Positions 30,348 through 41,206 are shown, numbered from the stretch's first letter. The stretch: DNA of 64,000 nucleotides from an uncultured Actinomycetes bacterium (GCA_963716525.1 OY970315.1:3612578-3676577); one strand, 5' to 3'. Program-made: numbers and translations. Notes: generated from the sequence alone by a model not told the origin.

Positions 30348-31916
30348 TTGACCGATCTCGGTTACCTTCGCGCCAGAGTCCAGTCCCTACCTCCCGAAGC
30401 ACCGCAGCTCGACCCCTTGGGCCGGGTAGTAGCTGATCTCTGTCGGTGGGCCGCACTGCAACCGGCGGCCGTGGCGTTGACGTGGCTCCCAGATGACGGT
30501 CCGCCGGAAACCTTCACCTACCTCGGACTAGCTGCCGCCGTCGCAGCACAGTCTGAGCGTCTCTCCGCAAGTGGCGCGAACCGCGTTGCGCTGCTTGCTG
30601 GAACCGATCCACAGACGGTGGTGGCGCTGCTGGGCGCCCTAGCGGCCGGCGTACCGTGCCTGTTGCTCAATCCAGTCGATCCGCGGGCTCGTCTTGAGGA
30701 CGTCCTTGCCACCCATCCGTGCGACCTCGTCCTGCGGTCGCCCTACGTGGGCGACCATGTCCGCGACATCGCAGCGCCGCTGCCGCGCCTGGCGGAAGGA
30801 CACCTATCCGTTGGCGGCTTCGAACGACATGCGGCCTTGGACAAGCCGGCGCTGCTATTCGGCACCTCAGGATCGACGGCTGCGAGCAAGGTCGTAGTTC
30901 AGTCGGAACGCTGCGTGAGCGCCAACGCGGCGGCGATGAAGCTCGTCCACCGCCTCGGGCCTGGGACGCGAATCATGGGCGGCTTGCCCTTGTACCACGT
31001 GAACGGAGTGCACCTCACGGTCATGGCGCCCGTCCATGCTGGAGCGGAGGTGGTTCTGCCCCAAACGCTCTCGGTACTGGGCCACGGCCGGCTCCTCGAG
31101 AACAACCCTGTCGACCTCGCTAGTGTGGTGCCCCCTGTTCTTGAGGGGATGACTGTCACGGCGGGACGATGGCGACCCCCGAGCCGTTTGCGTTATGTGG
31201 TCACCGCTGCAGCACCGCTCAGTGCTTCTCTGGCGCATCGATTCACCGACCGCGTCGGTGTGCGTCTCGTCCAGGGATACGGGCTGACCGAGACCACGAA
31301 TTTTGCTACCACTGTCCCGGTCGATCTCGATGAGGCAGACCACCGGGCGATGTTGCTCGACACGGACCCGCCATCCGTCGGCGTCGCGGTCCCGGGCAAC
31401 GTTGTTGCGGTCCTCGACGAGGCCGGCCAGCTTCTCGAAGCCGGGGTCGTTGGCGAGGTGTGCGTCCGCGGCCTCAACGTAATGGAGGGCTACGCCGGAC
31501 GGCCTGACCTCACCGTCGAGAGCTTCGCTGGCGGCTGGTTCCACACCGGCGACCTCGGGTACTGGCGCTCGGGCCCGGGAGGCGTCCCCTTCTTCTTTCT
31601 GACTGGACGGTTGAAGAACGTCGCCAAGGTATCCGGCGAGGCGGTGTCGCTTGAGGAGGTCGATCGGGCGGCATTAGCAGTCCCGGGTGTCGTCGACGCA
31701 GCGTGCGTCGCTCAAGACGATCACCTCACCGGGGAGCGGCTGACGCTGTTCGTCCAGCTCGACGGTTCAACCACTACTGGAGATGTGCTCGACCACATTC
31801 GGCGCCGGATACCTCCGGCGGCGGTCCCGGTACAGTGCCGGTCGGTCGAGCGGATCGCCCGTACTTCCACCGGCAAGGTGCGTCGTGCGGACCCGATCGG
31901 CGGAAACCCGCCGTGA
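30348..31916 (+). CDS. AMP-dependent ligase, ANL family
   Basis: GTSGSTAASK, QGYGLTET, WFHTGDLG, TSTGKV. Confidence 0.92.
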   Translation: MTDLGYLRARVQSLPPEAPQLDPLGRVVADLCRWAALQPAAVALTWLPDDGPPETFTYLGLAAAVAAQSERLSASGANRVALLAGTDPQTVVALLGALAAGVPCLLLNPVDPRARLEDVLATHPCDLVLRSPYVGDHVRDIAAPLPRLAEGHLSVGGFERHAALDKPALLFGTSGSTAASKVVVQSERCVSANAAAMKLVHRLGPGTRIMGGLPLYHVNGVHLTVMAPVHAGAEVVLPQTLSVLGHGRLLENNPVDLASVVPPVLEGMTVTAGRWRPPSRLRYVVTAAAPLSASLAHRFTDRVGVRLVQGYGLTETTNFATTVPVDLDEADHRAMLLDTDPPSVGVAVPGNVVAVLDEAGQLLEAGVVGEVCVRGLNVMEGYAGRPDLTVESFAGGWFHTGDLGYWRSGPGGVPFFFLTGRLKNVAKVSGEAVSLEEVDRAALAVPGVVDAACVAQDDHLTGERLTLFVQLDGSTTTGDVLDHIRRRIPPAAVPVQCRSVERIARTSTGKVRRADPIGGNPP

Positions 31917-32770
31917 GAGGCCGATTCCTCCAGCATGAGACGCAGCGCCACGTCGCCCCGCGCGGTCTCTGCCTCGCCGGAAATGGGCCTCGTCGCCTCA
32001 CGCCAAAGCCACTCGACGGTACGGCGGCCCGACTCGAGCAGACAGCGGAGTCGATTCGAGTGCAGCTAAATGATGCCGGCGTCGCCTCGGTCCAGCTCGA
32101 CCGCTCACTCGTCGACGAGGAGCTGTTGGCATTGTGCGTGTCACTTGGGGTTCCGCAGCCGGAGCGCTCGCCTGACGTAGCGCCGATGGTCGCCCACGAA
32201 GTCATCCTGAACCTCCGGACGATCTGGGGCCCGACAGATGATCCGACACGTCAACCCTTCGCCTCCAACCCGCTGACGCTCCACACCGAGAGCAGCGGTG
32301 CACCGCCCCGGCACAGACCCCGACTGATTGTCCTTGCTTGCGTCGACGCAGGTCGGCACAACCGTGGCGCCGAGACGCTCGTGGTGCCGATGGCCGACGT
32401 CGCCGCTCGGCTCGGGTTGCGCGCCAGCGCCGTCCTTTCGTCGACCGCGTACGAAGCTCCGGAGCGTTTGCCTCCAGTTCTTCGCCTCATCGATGCCCCC
32501 ATTTTTGCCTTCCGCGACTTCCTCAGCGCACCGCTTTCCTGGATCCACTGGGGCGATGCCAGTGACAATCGCGAGGTCGACGGTGCTATTGAGGCGCTCC
32601 TCGAGGCGATGTACCTGACACCCGCGATGGCAGTCCAGTGGACACCCGGCCTGGTCGTCGTCATCGATAACGAGCGCTGCTTCCACGGCAAGACCGTCGG
32701 AGATCCCCCGGTCGGAGCCCCATTCCGTCATCTCAAGCGTCTGCGGCTGGCCGAGCGGGTACGCACGTGA
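31913..32770 (+). CDS. TauD/clavaminate-synthase-like dioxygenase
   Basis: LHTES (HxE), GAETLV, WTPGLVVVIDNERCFHGK. Confidence 0.85.
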   Translation: MRGRFLQHETQRHVAPRGLCLAGNGPRRLTPKPLDGTAARLEQTAESIRVQLNDAGVASVQLDRSLVDEELLALCVSLGVPQPERSPDVAPMVAHEVILNLRTIWGPTDDPTRQPFASNPLTLHTESSGAPPRHRPRLIVLACVDAGRHNRGAETLVVPMADVAARLGLRASAVLSSTAYEAPERLPPVLRLIDAPIFAFRDFLSAPLSWIHWGDASDNREVDGAIEALLEAMYLTPAMAVQWTPGLVVVIDNERCFHGKTVGDPPVGAPFRHLKRLRLAERVRT

Positions 32771-34326
32771 CTGCGCCCAAGCTCTTCGATGGCAGGGACG
32801 TTGTCAGTCCTCCCCGTCACGAACTCCCGCCGCTGCCATCCGAGGTCGACAGACCGGCGCAGCCGACAACCCTCGACTTCCAACCCGACTATCTCCTGTT
32901 GCAGGTGTTTGAGCACGCCGCTGACCCGACGAACCCGGTCGAGTTGCGGGATCTTTACATCGGGCGCGCGGAGGCGGCGCTCGGATCCCGGTGCATCCGG
33001 CCTGAGCTCGCAGAACGGTGGCGTACCCGGCGCCGCCGACGTGACGTCGATGTCGAGCAGGTGCTGCACTCGCGGGCCACGATTCGCTTCGTGAAGGAGA
33101 CGTTCAACTTCTTCTTCCGCGATGACCTCTACGGCGAGCTCCGCGATCCCAGCCATCTCGTGCTGTCGTCCGGCGCTGTCGACGAGGAGGCCTGGGGCCT
33201 TCCGCCGACCGTGAAGGATTGCATCACCTACGCGCTGGCACGTGATTGGTATGGCTACTCAGACTCGCGCGGCCGTGAGCCTGCGCGCGAGGCGGTCGCT
33301 GCCTACGAGGCCGCGCGCCTTCCGGGCGCGCGCTACGACCTATCCAACGTCGCCCTAACGATGGGCGGGACGTTCGGGGTGTCCTGCGTGGCCGACTTCG
33401 TCCTCGGCTCCCGGATCGCAGGCGTCTCCTTGTGCGCCGTGCCTAACTACCCCCCGCTCGTGGAGTCGGTGGCTCGGCGCGGCCCGGTGGCGCTGGTGCC
33501 AACACCGTCCACAGCGGGGCGGACCTCGCTGGCCCCGCTCATCGAGGCCCTTCGACCCGATACTCCCCTGGTCCTCCTCCAGACGGCAGCCAACCCCACC
33601 GGCGCGCTTGTGGACGAGGATGAACTGGCATCGCTCATCCGCACGGCCGCGCCGGCAACCACCATCGTGCTCGACGAGTGCCACGAGTGGCTTGGTCCGC
33701 AACCGGTCTGGTCGCTGGCAAGAGCCGCGCCAAACGTCGTCCGAGTGAGCAGCCTGTCGAAGAACTGGTCAGCACCAGGGCTCAAGATCGGTTGGCTAAT
33801 TGCCGCTGCAAGTTTCATCGACGACTACTACGAGTACGCGTCGAGCACGTTCGGCGGCCCGCCCTCGTTCTTCTACACCGCGGTGGAAGTCCTCGCGCGC
33901 ATGGAGCGCTGGCGGATTGAGGGGTTCGAGACGATTGGTGGCGAACAGTTGGCCGAGTTCGAAGAGAGCTACGGCCTCGCATCCGCGGACCTACAGCGAG
34001 CCTACGGCTGCTACATCAATCACCGCGTCGCCCGCGAGCACGAACTCGTCCACCTGCGCGATGTGGCTACGCGACGCCTCCGAGTATCGGGAAGTGACGT
34101 GACGAATGCCCGCTACTCGATCAACCTCGCTTTGACGGTACCTGGGTCCGAACATTCGTATCTGGCGTTCCGAGAGTTGCTTTGTGAGTACGCGGTTGCC
34201 GTGTTTCCCGGTCTCCTCACGTACTGTCTCGACGACTCACTCGTCCGCATCACCACCGCTCGACCGTGGTCCATTATGGGACCTGCCCTTGACCGAATTG
34301 AGGCGTTCGCACTCCGGAGGGCGTGA
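32767..34326 (+). CDS. PLP-dependent fold-I (class I/II aminotransferase-like) enzyme with N-terminal extension
   Basis: YSDSRG, ANPTG, LDECH, SLSKNWSAPGLKIGW. Confidence 0.88.
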   Translation: MTAPKLFDGRDVVSPPRHELPPLPSEVDRPAQPTTLDFQPDYLLLQVFEHAADPTNPVELRDLYIGRAEAALGSRCIRPELAERWRTRRRRRDVDVEQVLHSRATIRFVKETFNFFFRDDLYGELRDPSHLVLSSGAVDEEAWGLPPTVKDCITYALARDWYGYSDSRGREPAREAVAAYEAARLPGARYDLSNVALTMGGTFGVSCVADFVLGSRIAGVSLCAVPNYPPLVESVARRGPVALVPTPSTAGRTSLAPLIEALRPDTPLVLLQTAANPTGALVDEDELASLIRTAAPATTIVLDECHEWLGPQPVWSLARAAPNVVRVSSLSKNWSAPGLKIGWLIAAASFIDDYYEYASSTFGGPPSFFYTAVEVLARMERWRIEGFETIGGEQLAEFEESYGLASADLQRAYGCYINHRVAREHELVHLRDVATRRLRVSGSDVTNARYSINLALTVPGSEHSYLAFRELLCEYAVAVFPGLLTYCLDDSLVRITTARPWSIMGPALDRIEAFALRRA

Positions 34327-35352
34327 TCAGCCTCGGTCGAATGGCGACCGCCCACGCCGACGGGCAAGCGCGAGGCCAAGCACTGTGGCCGGAACGGCAT
34401 CCACGAGAGCCTGGACCCGTGGCGGGCCCGGCTCGAGGGCCAGTGACCACTCACCCAGGGCGAGAGCCTCCGCGTCGTCGCTTGCGGCGAGAACGATGAT
34501 CGGACCCCGCTCGGCGGTGCGGGTCGCGAACCGCATCGCCGCCTCGCGAGGCGGCCCTGGAGGGACTAGGAACACGACAGGATCCTGCGGTGGGTGCCCG
34601 AAGCGATGCACGTGCCACCAGTCCTCCAGTTCTGCGACCTGGGCGCGAATGCCGGCGGTCTCAGTGAGCTTGGCGGCGAGGTGCCGGGCGGTACCCTCGG
34701 CCGCCTCCGGCGTGACGACCACAACAACAGGCAGGGCGTCAAGTACAGCGGCCAACTCGGGGGCGACTGTCTCGGCTCGGCGCTGGGTCGCCACCTGTGC
34801 AACCGCGATCTCCGCGGTGGATTCGAGCTCGCGGCGCAACGCGGACGCTGCCGCGAGGCGGGGCGCCGCTGTGGCGATTGCCAGCAGTCCGATCACGAGC
34901 GCTTGGTGCGTACGAATTCCTGGGCACGGGGCCAGGTCGGGTGGTGCAAGTACGACCGCGTGGTCGGCGATCTCAGTGGTTGGGCCAGTGACGCACGCCA
35001 CAGCCGCCGTCTGCCAACCCTGGTCATGAGCTCGACGGAGCCCGGCCACGACCGACGGGTTGCTCGCCGTGGCGGAAACGCCTACGACAAGGGGCTCGAT
35101 CTGATCCAGCCGTTCCTCGATTTTCAAGGTGCTCCCCGATGTCACACGAACTGTGACTCCACCAGCGGTGAACGGCCAACGCGCACTAAGAGCCGCATGG
35201 CGGCTGTCTCCGGCGCCAAGTAGAACGACTGATCGCATGTCGTGGAAGACGGGCCGGCTGGCGGCGTCGAGGGCTATGGGAATGAGGTAGTCGAGGTCCT
35301 CGGGCAGCCGCCGGAGCTGGCGGTCTACCTCGGCGAGTTCGTAACCCGTCAA
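34327..35352 (-). CDS. SIS-domain sugar isomerase/aminotransferase-like protein
   Basis: LLGAGDS, VGVSATA, AAKLTETAG...ELEDWWHV. Confidence 0.8.
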   Translation of the reverse strand: MTGYELAEVDRQLRRLPEDLDYLIPIALDAASRPVFHDMRSVVLLGAGDSRHAALSARWPFTAGGVTVRVTSGSTLKIEERLDQIEPLVVGVSATASNPSVVAGLRRAHDQGWQTAAVACVTGPTTEIADHAVVLAPPDLAPCPGIRTHQALVIGLLAIATAAPRLAAASALRRELESTAEIAVAQVATQRRAETVAPELAAVLDALPVVVVVTPEAAEGTARHLAAKLTETAGIRAQVAELEDWWHVHRFGHPPQDPVVFLVPPGPPREAAMRFATRTAERGPIIVLAASDDAEALALGEWSLALEPGPPRVQALVDAVPATVLGLALARRRGRSPFDRG

Positions 35353-36134
35353 CGACTGCCAATCGCGGACACGAGCGCGCGGACCGCCGCGACGTCAACT
35401 GCACCGTCGGAGCGCGCAATACAGCCGCTTACGAACGCTCCGTCCGCTTCTTGCAGCAGCCCGGCTGCATTGTCGTGGGTTACGAATCCACCGATAATGA
35501 TTCGAGCGCGTGGGCACTCGGCGCGCGTTTCGGCGACCAGTCGTCGCGCCGAGGCCTGATCCCGGTGTGCGATACAGACGCTATCGGCGCCGACTTGAAG
35601 CGCTCGGCGGGCGACCCCGGCGGTGGGCTCCAGGCTGCCAAGCCACGTGTAGTGCATCGAATCGATGTCGACGATCAGCTCTACGTCGAAGGCATCGAGG
35701 GCCCGGCGATAAGCCATAATCGCCGCAGAGTCGGGCTGCACCACCCCGTGTGTAGAGGTCGTGATCCCCACGAGGGCGTCGGCTCGGACGAACGAACAGC
35801 CGGTCACTTTCGCCACGGCGAGTGACGCTCGGACGGCGTGGCGCATGATCTGGACACCGACCTGCCAGCCTTCCCCAGTCGCTGCGATGACGGCGTCGAC
35901 CACCCTGGTAACCGCGGCTACCCTCGCCGGATCGGCGTTGTCGTCGACCGGGTAGACGCGGTCGGCGGTCTGCAACAGGATCCCCGTCGCGCCTCCGGCC
36001 TCAAGCGCTCGGGCATCACGAACGGCCTCATCGATGGTGGTCGCGAGCGATCCAGGCGTGTGAAACGGGGTACCCGGCATAGGGGCCAAATGGACAACAC
36101 CGTAAAGCGCCTTGGTGCGCAGGCCTTCTGTCAT
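35349..36134 (-). CDS. BtpA/SgcQ family protein
   Basis: GVVHLAPMPGTP, DARALEAGG, ADGAFV. Confidence 0.88.
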   Translation of the reverse strand: MTEGLRTKALYGVVHLAPMPGTPFHTPGSLATTIDEAVRDARALEAGGATGILLQTADRVYPVDDNADPARVAAVTRVVDAVIAATGEGWQVGVQIMRHAVRASLAVAKVTGCSFVRADALVGITTSTHGVVQPDSAAIMAYRRALDAFDVELIVDIDSMHYTWLGSLEPTAGVARRALQVGADSVCIAHRDQASARRLVAETRAECPRARIIIGGFVTHDNAAGLLQEADGAFVSGCIARSDGAVDVAAVRALVSAIGSR

Positions 36135-37111
36135 GGCTGCGAGTCCTGGTTCGTGAAGGTGAACGTCGACAACGATCGGTAATGCTCCCCTGGGCGGAGT
36201 TCGATACTCGGAAATCTCGGTTGGTTCGGCGCATCGGGCCATGGTCCTGGCTGGATGCACAGCCCCGACCTTGGGACCGCGAGGTGATCGCCGGTGTAGA
36301 CCGCGAGGCACGTCTGGTCAGTGTCGACCGTCAGCGTCCAACCCGTAGCGGGAGAATGCAGACGGGCGCGAAGTGTGCCGGGACCGACGAAGCAGTGGTC
36401 GATGAGCCGCTCGTCGAGCGGTCCCAGCGTTCGAAGGTCGAACCGTGTACCACCTACCGGGACGATACGACCAGTCGGAACGAACTCGTCGTCGGCCTCA
36501 AGCACCGAACCGGCGTCAATTGACAGCTCCTGGTCGTCGATGACCGGGCCGTTGCCCAGGTTCCAGAACGTGTGAAGGGCTAGTCCGCACCAAGTCGGCC
36601 GGTCTGTGGCGGCCTCATACGCCACGGCCAACCGGTCGTGGCTGGCGTCCATTTCGAATCGCACTCGACACGAAAGCTCGCCAGGGTATCCCTGATCGCC
36701 GTGGTCGCTCGTAAGTGCCAGCTCAACCCAAGCCGCCGTGTCACTGGTGCCAGTCCGTGCTCGCCACTGATGCTGGTCGAAGCCGGTCGAGCCTCCATGG
36801 ATGTGATGCCGACCTGCGTTTCGGACGACTTCGACCCGACGTCCGTCGAGCAGCCCGGTGCCGCCTGAGATGATGCGGGCATAACGACCCATCGTCACGC
36901 CGAGATAGCTCCGTTCCCTGTGGAGCGAGAGATCGCTATCTGCCCGTGCGCCTGACCCGACCGGGTGGCGTTCCGTTCCGAGCCGCACATCGAGCAACGT
37001 TGCTCCGCGGTCAAGCACGTCGACCTGGAGCGTCCGACAGCTGAGTCGGATGAGCTCCGCCCCCGAAGTCCCTCCGACGGCCATGCGCTCTACTGTGGCT
37101 GCCTCGCTCAC
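36131..37111 (-). CDS. Aldose 1-epimerase family
   Basis: GRYA, HIHGG, GDQGYPGEL, HTFWNL, PDAPNQPRFP. Confidence 0.9.
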   Translation of the reverse strand: MSEAATVERMAVGGTSGAELIRLSCRTLQVDVLDRGATLLDVRLGTERHPVGSGARADSDLSLHRERSYLGVTMGRYARIISGGTGLLDGRRVEVVRNAGRHHIHGGSTGFDQHQWRARTGTSDTAAWVELALTSDHGDQGYPGELSCRVRFEMDASHDRLAVAYEAATDRPTWCGLALHTFWNLGNGPVIDDQELSIDAGSVLEADDEFVPTGRIVPVGGTRFDLRTLGPLDERLIDHCFVGPGTLRARLHSPATGWTLTVDTDQTCLAVYTGDHLAVPRSGLCIQPGPWPDAPNQPRFPSIELRPGEHYRSLSTFTFTNQDSQP

Positions 37112-37599
37112 CTGGGCATCAATGGTCGCTGGAGATGAATACGTTTTGGGTCGGCGCCTGGGATTAACGGCGCCCGAACGAACCCATGGGCCTCGAGCAG
37201 GGCGACGACGTCAGCTATGGCGGGGTTGGCCTCTGCCCGCACCGCATCGGCGCCGCCGGCTCTCGCGGCCTCGATGGCTCGACGCAGCGCCTGCAGCCCT
37301 ACCAGAGGCGGAGCGTCGGGCGCGACGGCAAGCCGCTGGAGGTACCAGGGGTTCGCCACGGCGGCCAGCCGGGTTTCCTCGAGGGCAAACGGCGGGGTGG
37401 GACCAACGGTGACTGTCGCCACGACTCGTCCTCCTTCCGAACCCACCTGCACGAGGCCGGCCAAGACGAGTTGCTCGGTCGAGCGCCAGCGCCGGGTAGG
37501 CGCAATCGACCCCGACCTGGCTGCGGCCGACCGGTCCGAAGCCTCGAGTAGCCGGTGGACGACCGACGGATCGTCGGCGACCGTCCAGACTACCGTCAT
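37108..37599 (-). CDS. GNAT-like acetyltransferase
   Basis: YLQRLAVAP...AVRAEANP...LLEAHGF. Confidence 0.7.
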   Translation of the reverse strand: MTVVWTVADDPSVVHRLLEASDRSAAARSGSIAPTRRWRSTEQLVLAGLVQVGSEGGRVVATVTVGPTPPFALEETRLAAVANPWYLQRLAVAPDAPPLVGLQALRRAIEAARAGGADAVRAEANPAIADVVALLEAHGFVRAPLIPGADPKRIHLQRPLMPR

Positions 37600-38565
37600 C
37601 GTCGACCCGAGAGTTGTGGCGCCACCTCGGTGGCGTAGCGCTCAATCGTGTCGTAATCGAGCGGCGGGCGTGCCGCAAGCACGAAGTCTTGAACTCCGAG
37701 CTCGAGCAAGCCGTTGAGGAGATCGACCAGCTCCGGCGCGGTGCCGAAACTGATGTATTCGGCCAGGTCAGCTCCCCGACCGTCTGAGGCCGAGCCGGCG
37801 TGTTCCTCGGCCCGCCTCGCCTCGGGGTCAGAGCGGACGATCGCGGCCCGGAACGTAATGGACCGCCGGAGCGTCCGAGGGTCGCGGCCGACTGCCTCGC
37901 AGGCACGGTCCAGGCAGCGTCAGGGTGGCCCGAGCACGGTCAGCGCTGTAGGCCAGTCCGTTCCATGTGGTGGCGTAGCGCGCAGCTACCGTCATCGCGT
38001 CATCGCTCATGCCGCCGACGACCAGCGGAATGTCTCGCTGCACGGGGCCGGGTACCAGGCGCGCCTCGCGCAGTTGGACATGTGCGCCGCGGTACGTGAC
38101 CGGCCCGCCTTCCCACAGCAGCCCCAAGGCCTCGCACGTCTCGGCGAGGGCCCGCACTCGATACTTCCAGGGCGGTTGGGAGAGCCCGTACTCGACGTGC
38201 GAATGGTCGCTGCCGCCGACGCCAAGCCCGAGCTCGAGACGTCCTCGCGAGATCTGGTCGATCGTCGCTGCCTGACTGGCCAAGATGCCGATGTTGCGGT
38301 GCGCAGGAGCCACGACAAGGATGGCGCACCGTATACGTTCGGTCGAAGCTGCGAGCCCGGCGAGAGCGGTGAGGCCATCGAGACACGGACCGTCGGGCGC
38401 GTCGATGTGCGGGCGCTGGTGATCGAACAGCGAGACCCAGTCGAAGCCGAGCGCCTCGGCGCGCTGCCAGAGGTCGCGTAATTCGACGAAGCGTTGGTAC
38501 TGCTGACCGGAATGCAGCCCGATCCGAATGCCGATGTCAGAGCTTGTCGCGGCTTCCTTCGCCAT
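37596..38565 (-). CDS. LLM-class flavin-dependent oxidoreductase, frameshift near 37920
   Basis: AEALGFDWVSLFDH, ATIDQISRGRLELGLG, PLVVGG, then ACEAVGRDP...ATEVAPQL in a second frame. Confidence 0.88.
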
Positions 38566-38796
38566 GTGCCTCACCTACTCCGCGCTCCATCCCAAGGCCG
38601 GACCCATCGCACGAGCGCCGCGAGGCCCCGAGGCCGGAGGCGTTTCTCCTCCGGCGGACTGGAGATGCCCGATCCGGACCATCTCGACCCAGCTCCCAAC
38701 CCGCTACACGAGGTGCAACACCCCAAACGTGCCGTCTCTGGCGCGTACAGGTGCCGATGAGCCCTGCAAAGTCCGGGCGTCCGTTCAAGGTCGGAG

Positions 38797-39285
38797 TCAC
38801 GTACATGTGCCAATCGTCTGTGACAGTTCGACTTCTGGTTCCATACCCCCGGGCCGTTCACCCCGGTACTTGAACCCGAGCCGCTCATAGGCCCTACGCG
38901 CTCGCCGGTTGCTTCGAACAACAGAGACATCCACCCGGGGACGCGGTGACCAGCACAGCACCTCGCGGAGGAGTTCGTCAACAAGACCGGAACCCCGATG
39001 GTCTGGGTGAACCCACACCTGGATGACCTCTACCCGGTCGCCTAGGTCTACACCGGCAACCATCCCAACGCCACGCTCCTGTTCGAACGCGACCCACGTG
39101 GCACATGGATGCTCCCCGAGATATCCGCCCGCTTGTCGAGCCCAGAAGTCCGGAGGGCGTTGTTCCGCATCGAACAGCGTTGCGGTGAAAGCTTCTGGAG
39201 CATCCGCGAGCGCGGCGAGACGCGTCGCCCGAAGAAGATGTTCCTCACCGGGGCCGATCCGTCGCACATGTGCTTTCGGCATCCC
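38797..39285 (-). CDS. GNAT acetyltransferase
   Basis: RLAALADAPEAF, VWVHPDHRGSG, ARRAYERLGF. Confidence 0.88.
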   Translation of the reverse strand, partial: GMPKAHVRRIGPGEEHLLRATRLAALADAPEAFTATLFDAEQRPPDFWARQAGGYLGEHPCATWVAFEQERGVGMVAGVDLGDRVEVIQVWVHPDHRGSGLVDELLREVLCWSPRPRVDVSVVRSNRRARRAYERLGFKYRGERPGGMEPEVELSQTIGTCT

Positions 39286-39387
39286 ACCATCATGCGACAC
39301 GTATCGTGACTTTGCTCATTGTGTCAACGTCGCCTGAATTCTGCTGGTCTCTCTCATCCGTATCTTGCGCGGTTCGGATGCTGAAAT

Positions 39388-39570
39388 TGAAGCGCCCCGG
39401 GTTCGTCGAGGCTCCGATCCTCGAGCGGTTGGAGTCATCACGACTCGAGGCAGGTATCCGGGCGCGCTGCGTCGAGCGCGCGGTGCGGATGATGCTGAAT
39501 ACGAGCCCGAGTATGGCCCGCAGCGGGAGGCGATCAGCTCGGTCGCAGAGAGGCTAGGCCCGCCGCGGTG
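39388..39570 (+). pseudogene. IS3 family left end and orfA remnant
   Basis: TGAAGCGCCCCGGGTT terminus; ERAVRM...YGPQREAISSVAERLG. Confidence 0.65.
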
Positions 39571-39923
39571 AGCGTCCGCGAGTGACTGCCGAACACGGTT
39601 GATCTCCGTACCCGCGAGGGACTCACGAGCGCGGCTCTATACGAATTGATCAAACGCGCGAACTCCGCGCAGTGGCGATCGCCCCACTCGACCAAGCTGC
39701 CAGGCTCACTCTTGTCGGCCTAACGGTCGTTGGCACAGTGCACCGACGCGCCATCCCAACCCCATGCCGAGACTCGGTACGGGACGTGTACGCGCGACCA
39801 CCGCGGTTCCGTACCGGATGCGCGGTCGGCCTCGCGGTGGGGCTGCACGCGACAGGGGTCGCTCGCGAACATTTTGCCATCACTCTGGCAAAGCTCTGAC
39901 TGTCGCAGGACTACCCGGCACCT

Positions 39924-40157
39924 TTGGCCGCGATCTGGATCGTCGGCTGGATCGTGGTCGCGTTCGGCCTCGCCTTCGCCTGTGGCTGGGGGGCCAGGTG
40001 GCTTGCGAATCGTGCCGTCACGTCGGTTCGCCCCACCGTGATCTCGATCCAAATCGAGCGCATCGTCGGCGCAGCACTGGTTCCGATCCCGCTGCTGCTC
40101 GCCGTCGCGAGCGTCGATCTACTCCTCGCGAACCTGCTCTTCGGAGTCCGGCCGTAG
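39924..40157 (+). CDS. Small membrane protein, possibly the 3' part of a frameshifted gene starting near 39670
   Basis: Two hydrophobic segments. Confidence 0.35.
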   Translation: MAAIWIVGWIVVAFGLAFACGWGARWLANRAVTSVRPTVISIQIERIVGAALVPIPLLLAVASVDLLLANLLFGVRP

Positions 40158-40192
40158 TCGTCGATTGTGCTGGGACGGACTAGAACTGTCAG

Positions 40193-41116
40193 GTGGGATC
40201 TCGGCCACGAGTGTTCGTCGGGCCCAGCAGTCACGTTCGTGTTGCCGAACTTTCAGAGGCGGTTCGTGATGGTGGCGGCGTAGTGACGCGGACTGGTTCG
40301 TACGACGCAGTGATCTGGACCGATCCGCGGGATTCGATCAGCTTGCAGGAAGTGCTCGATCGACAATCAGGTGTCAGGTGGGTGCAGTTGGTATGGGCGG
40401 GTACAGAGCCGTTCGCTCATATGATCGACGATTGTCGGTTGTGGACTAGCGGAAAGGGCATCTACGCGCAGCACGTGGCGGAGCACGCACTCATGTTGAC
40501 GCTCGCGGGCCTTCGAGGAATGGGTGATTTCTGCCGCGCGTTCGATTGGTCCGCGCCGCGAGGATCGAACCTCTTCGGCAAAAATGTGGTCATCGTTGGC
40601 GGAGGCGCCGTCGCACAATCGCTCTTGGATCTCTTGGGTCCGTTCGGGTGCAACACGACCGTTGCGCGACGCAAGTCGGATCCGGTGAAGCGAGCATCAC
40701 GGACAATCGCTACGGATCACCTTGAGGACGCGCTGCCTTCCGCCGATGTCGTCGTTCTCGCGCTCGCGCTCACACCGACGACCGTTGGAATCATCGATTC
40801 GCGACGACTCCGCATGCTCCAGTCCCATACATGGCTGATCAACGTTGCTCGCGGGGCGCATGTCGTCACCGACGACCTGACTGCGGCCCTCGTATCGAGA
40901 GGTATCGGCGGTGCGGCGCTCGACGTCACCGATCCGGAGCCGCTGCCGAAGAGCCACCCGCTCTGGACGTTGCCGAACTGCATCATCACGCCGCATGTCG
41001 CGAGCACTCCCGATATGGGTCGTCGACCGCTTATCGAAAGGGTCACCGAAAACGTCCGAAGGTTCGCAGCCGGCGAGGAACTTCTCGGCGTCGTCGACCC
41101 CGTCGTCGCGTATTGA
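40193..41116 (+). CDS. D-isomer-specific 2-hydroxyacid dehydrogenase
   Basis: VAEHAL, LINVARG, AALDVTDPEPLP, IITPHVA. Confidence 0.92.
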   Translation: MGSRPRVFVGPSSHVRVAELSEAVRDGGGVVTRTGSYDAVIWTDPRDSISLQEVLDRQSGVRWVQLVWAGTEPFAHMIDDCRLWTSGKGIYAQHVAEHALMLTLAGLRGMGDFCRAFDWSAPRGSNLFGKNVVIVGGGAVAQSLLDLLGPFGCNTTVARRKSDPVKRASRTIATDHLEDALPSADVVVLALALTPTTVGIIDSRRLRMLQSHTWLINVARGAHVVTDDLTAALVSRGIGGAALDVTDPEPLPKSHPLWTLPNCIITPHVASTPDMGRRPLIERVTENVRRFAAGEELLGVVDPVVAY

Positions 41117-41206
41117 GCAAGTACAAATGCACGCCGACGCAACAATGCGGGCGCCGAAATACCGGAGTACGCTCGAATCGAAGGGTTGAACGGAGGTGCG
41201 CAGCCC

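Noticed and set aside
38537-38806. Possible small peptide gene between GNAT and LLM
   Set aside because: No recognisable motif and no frame clearly favoured.
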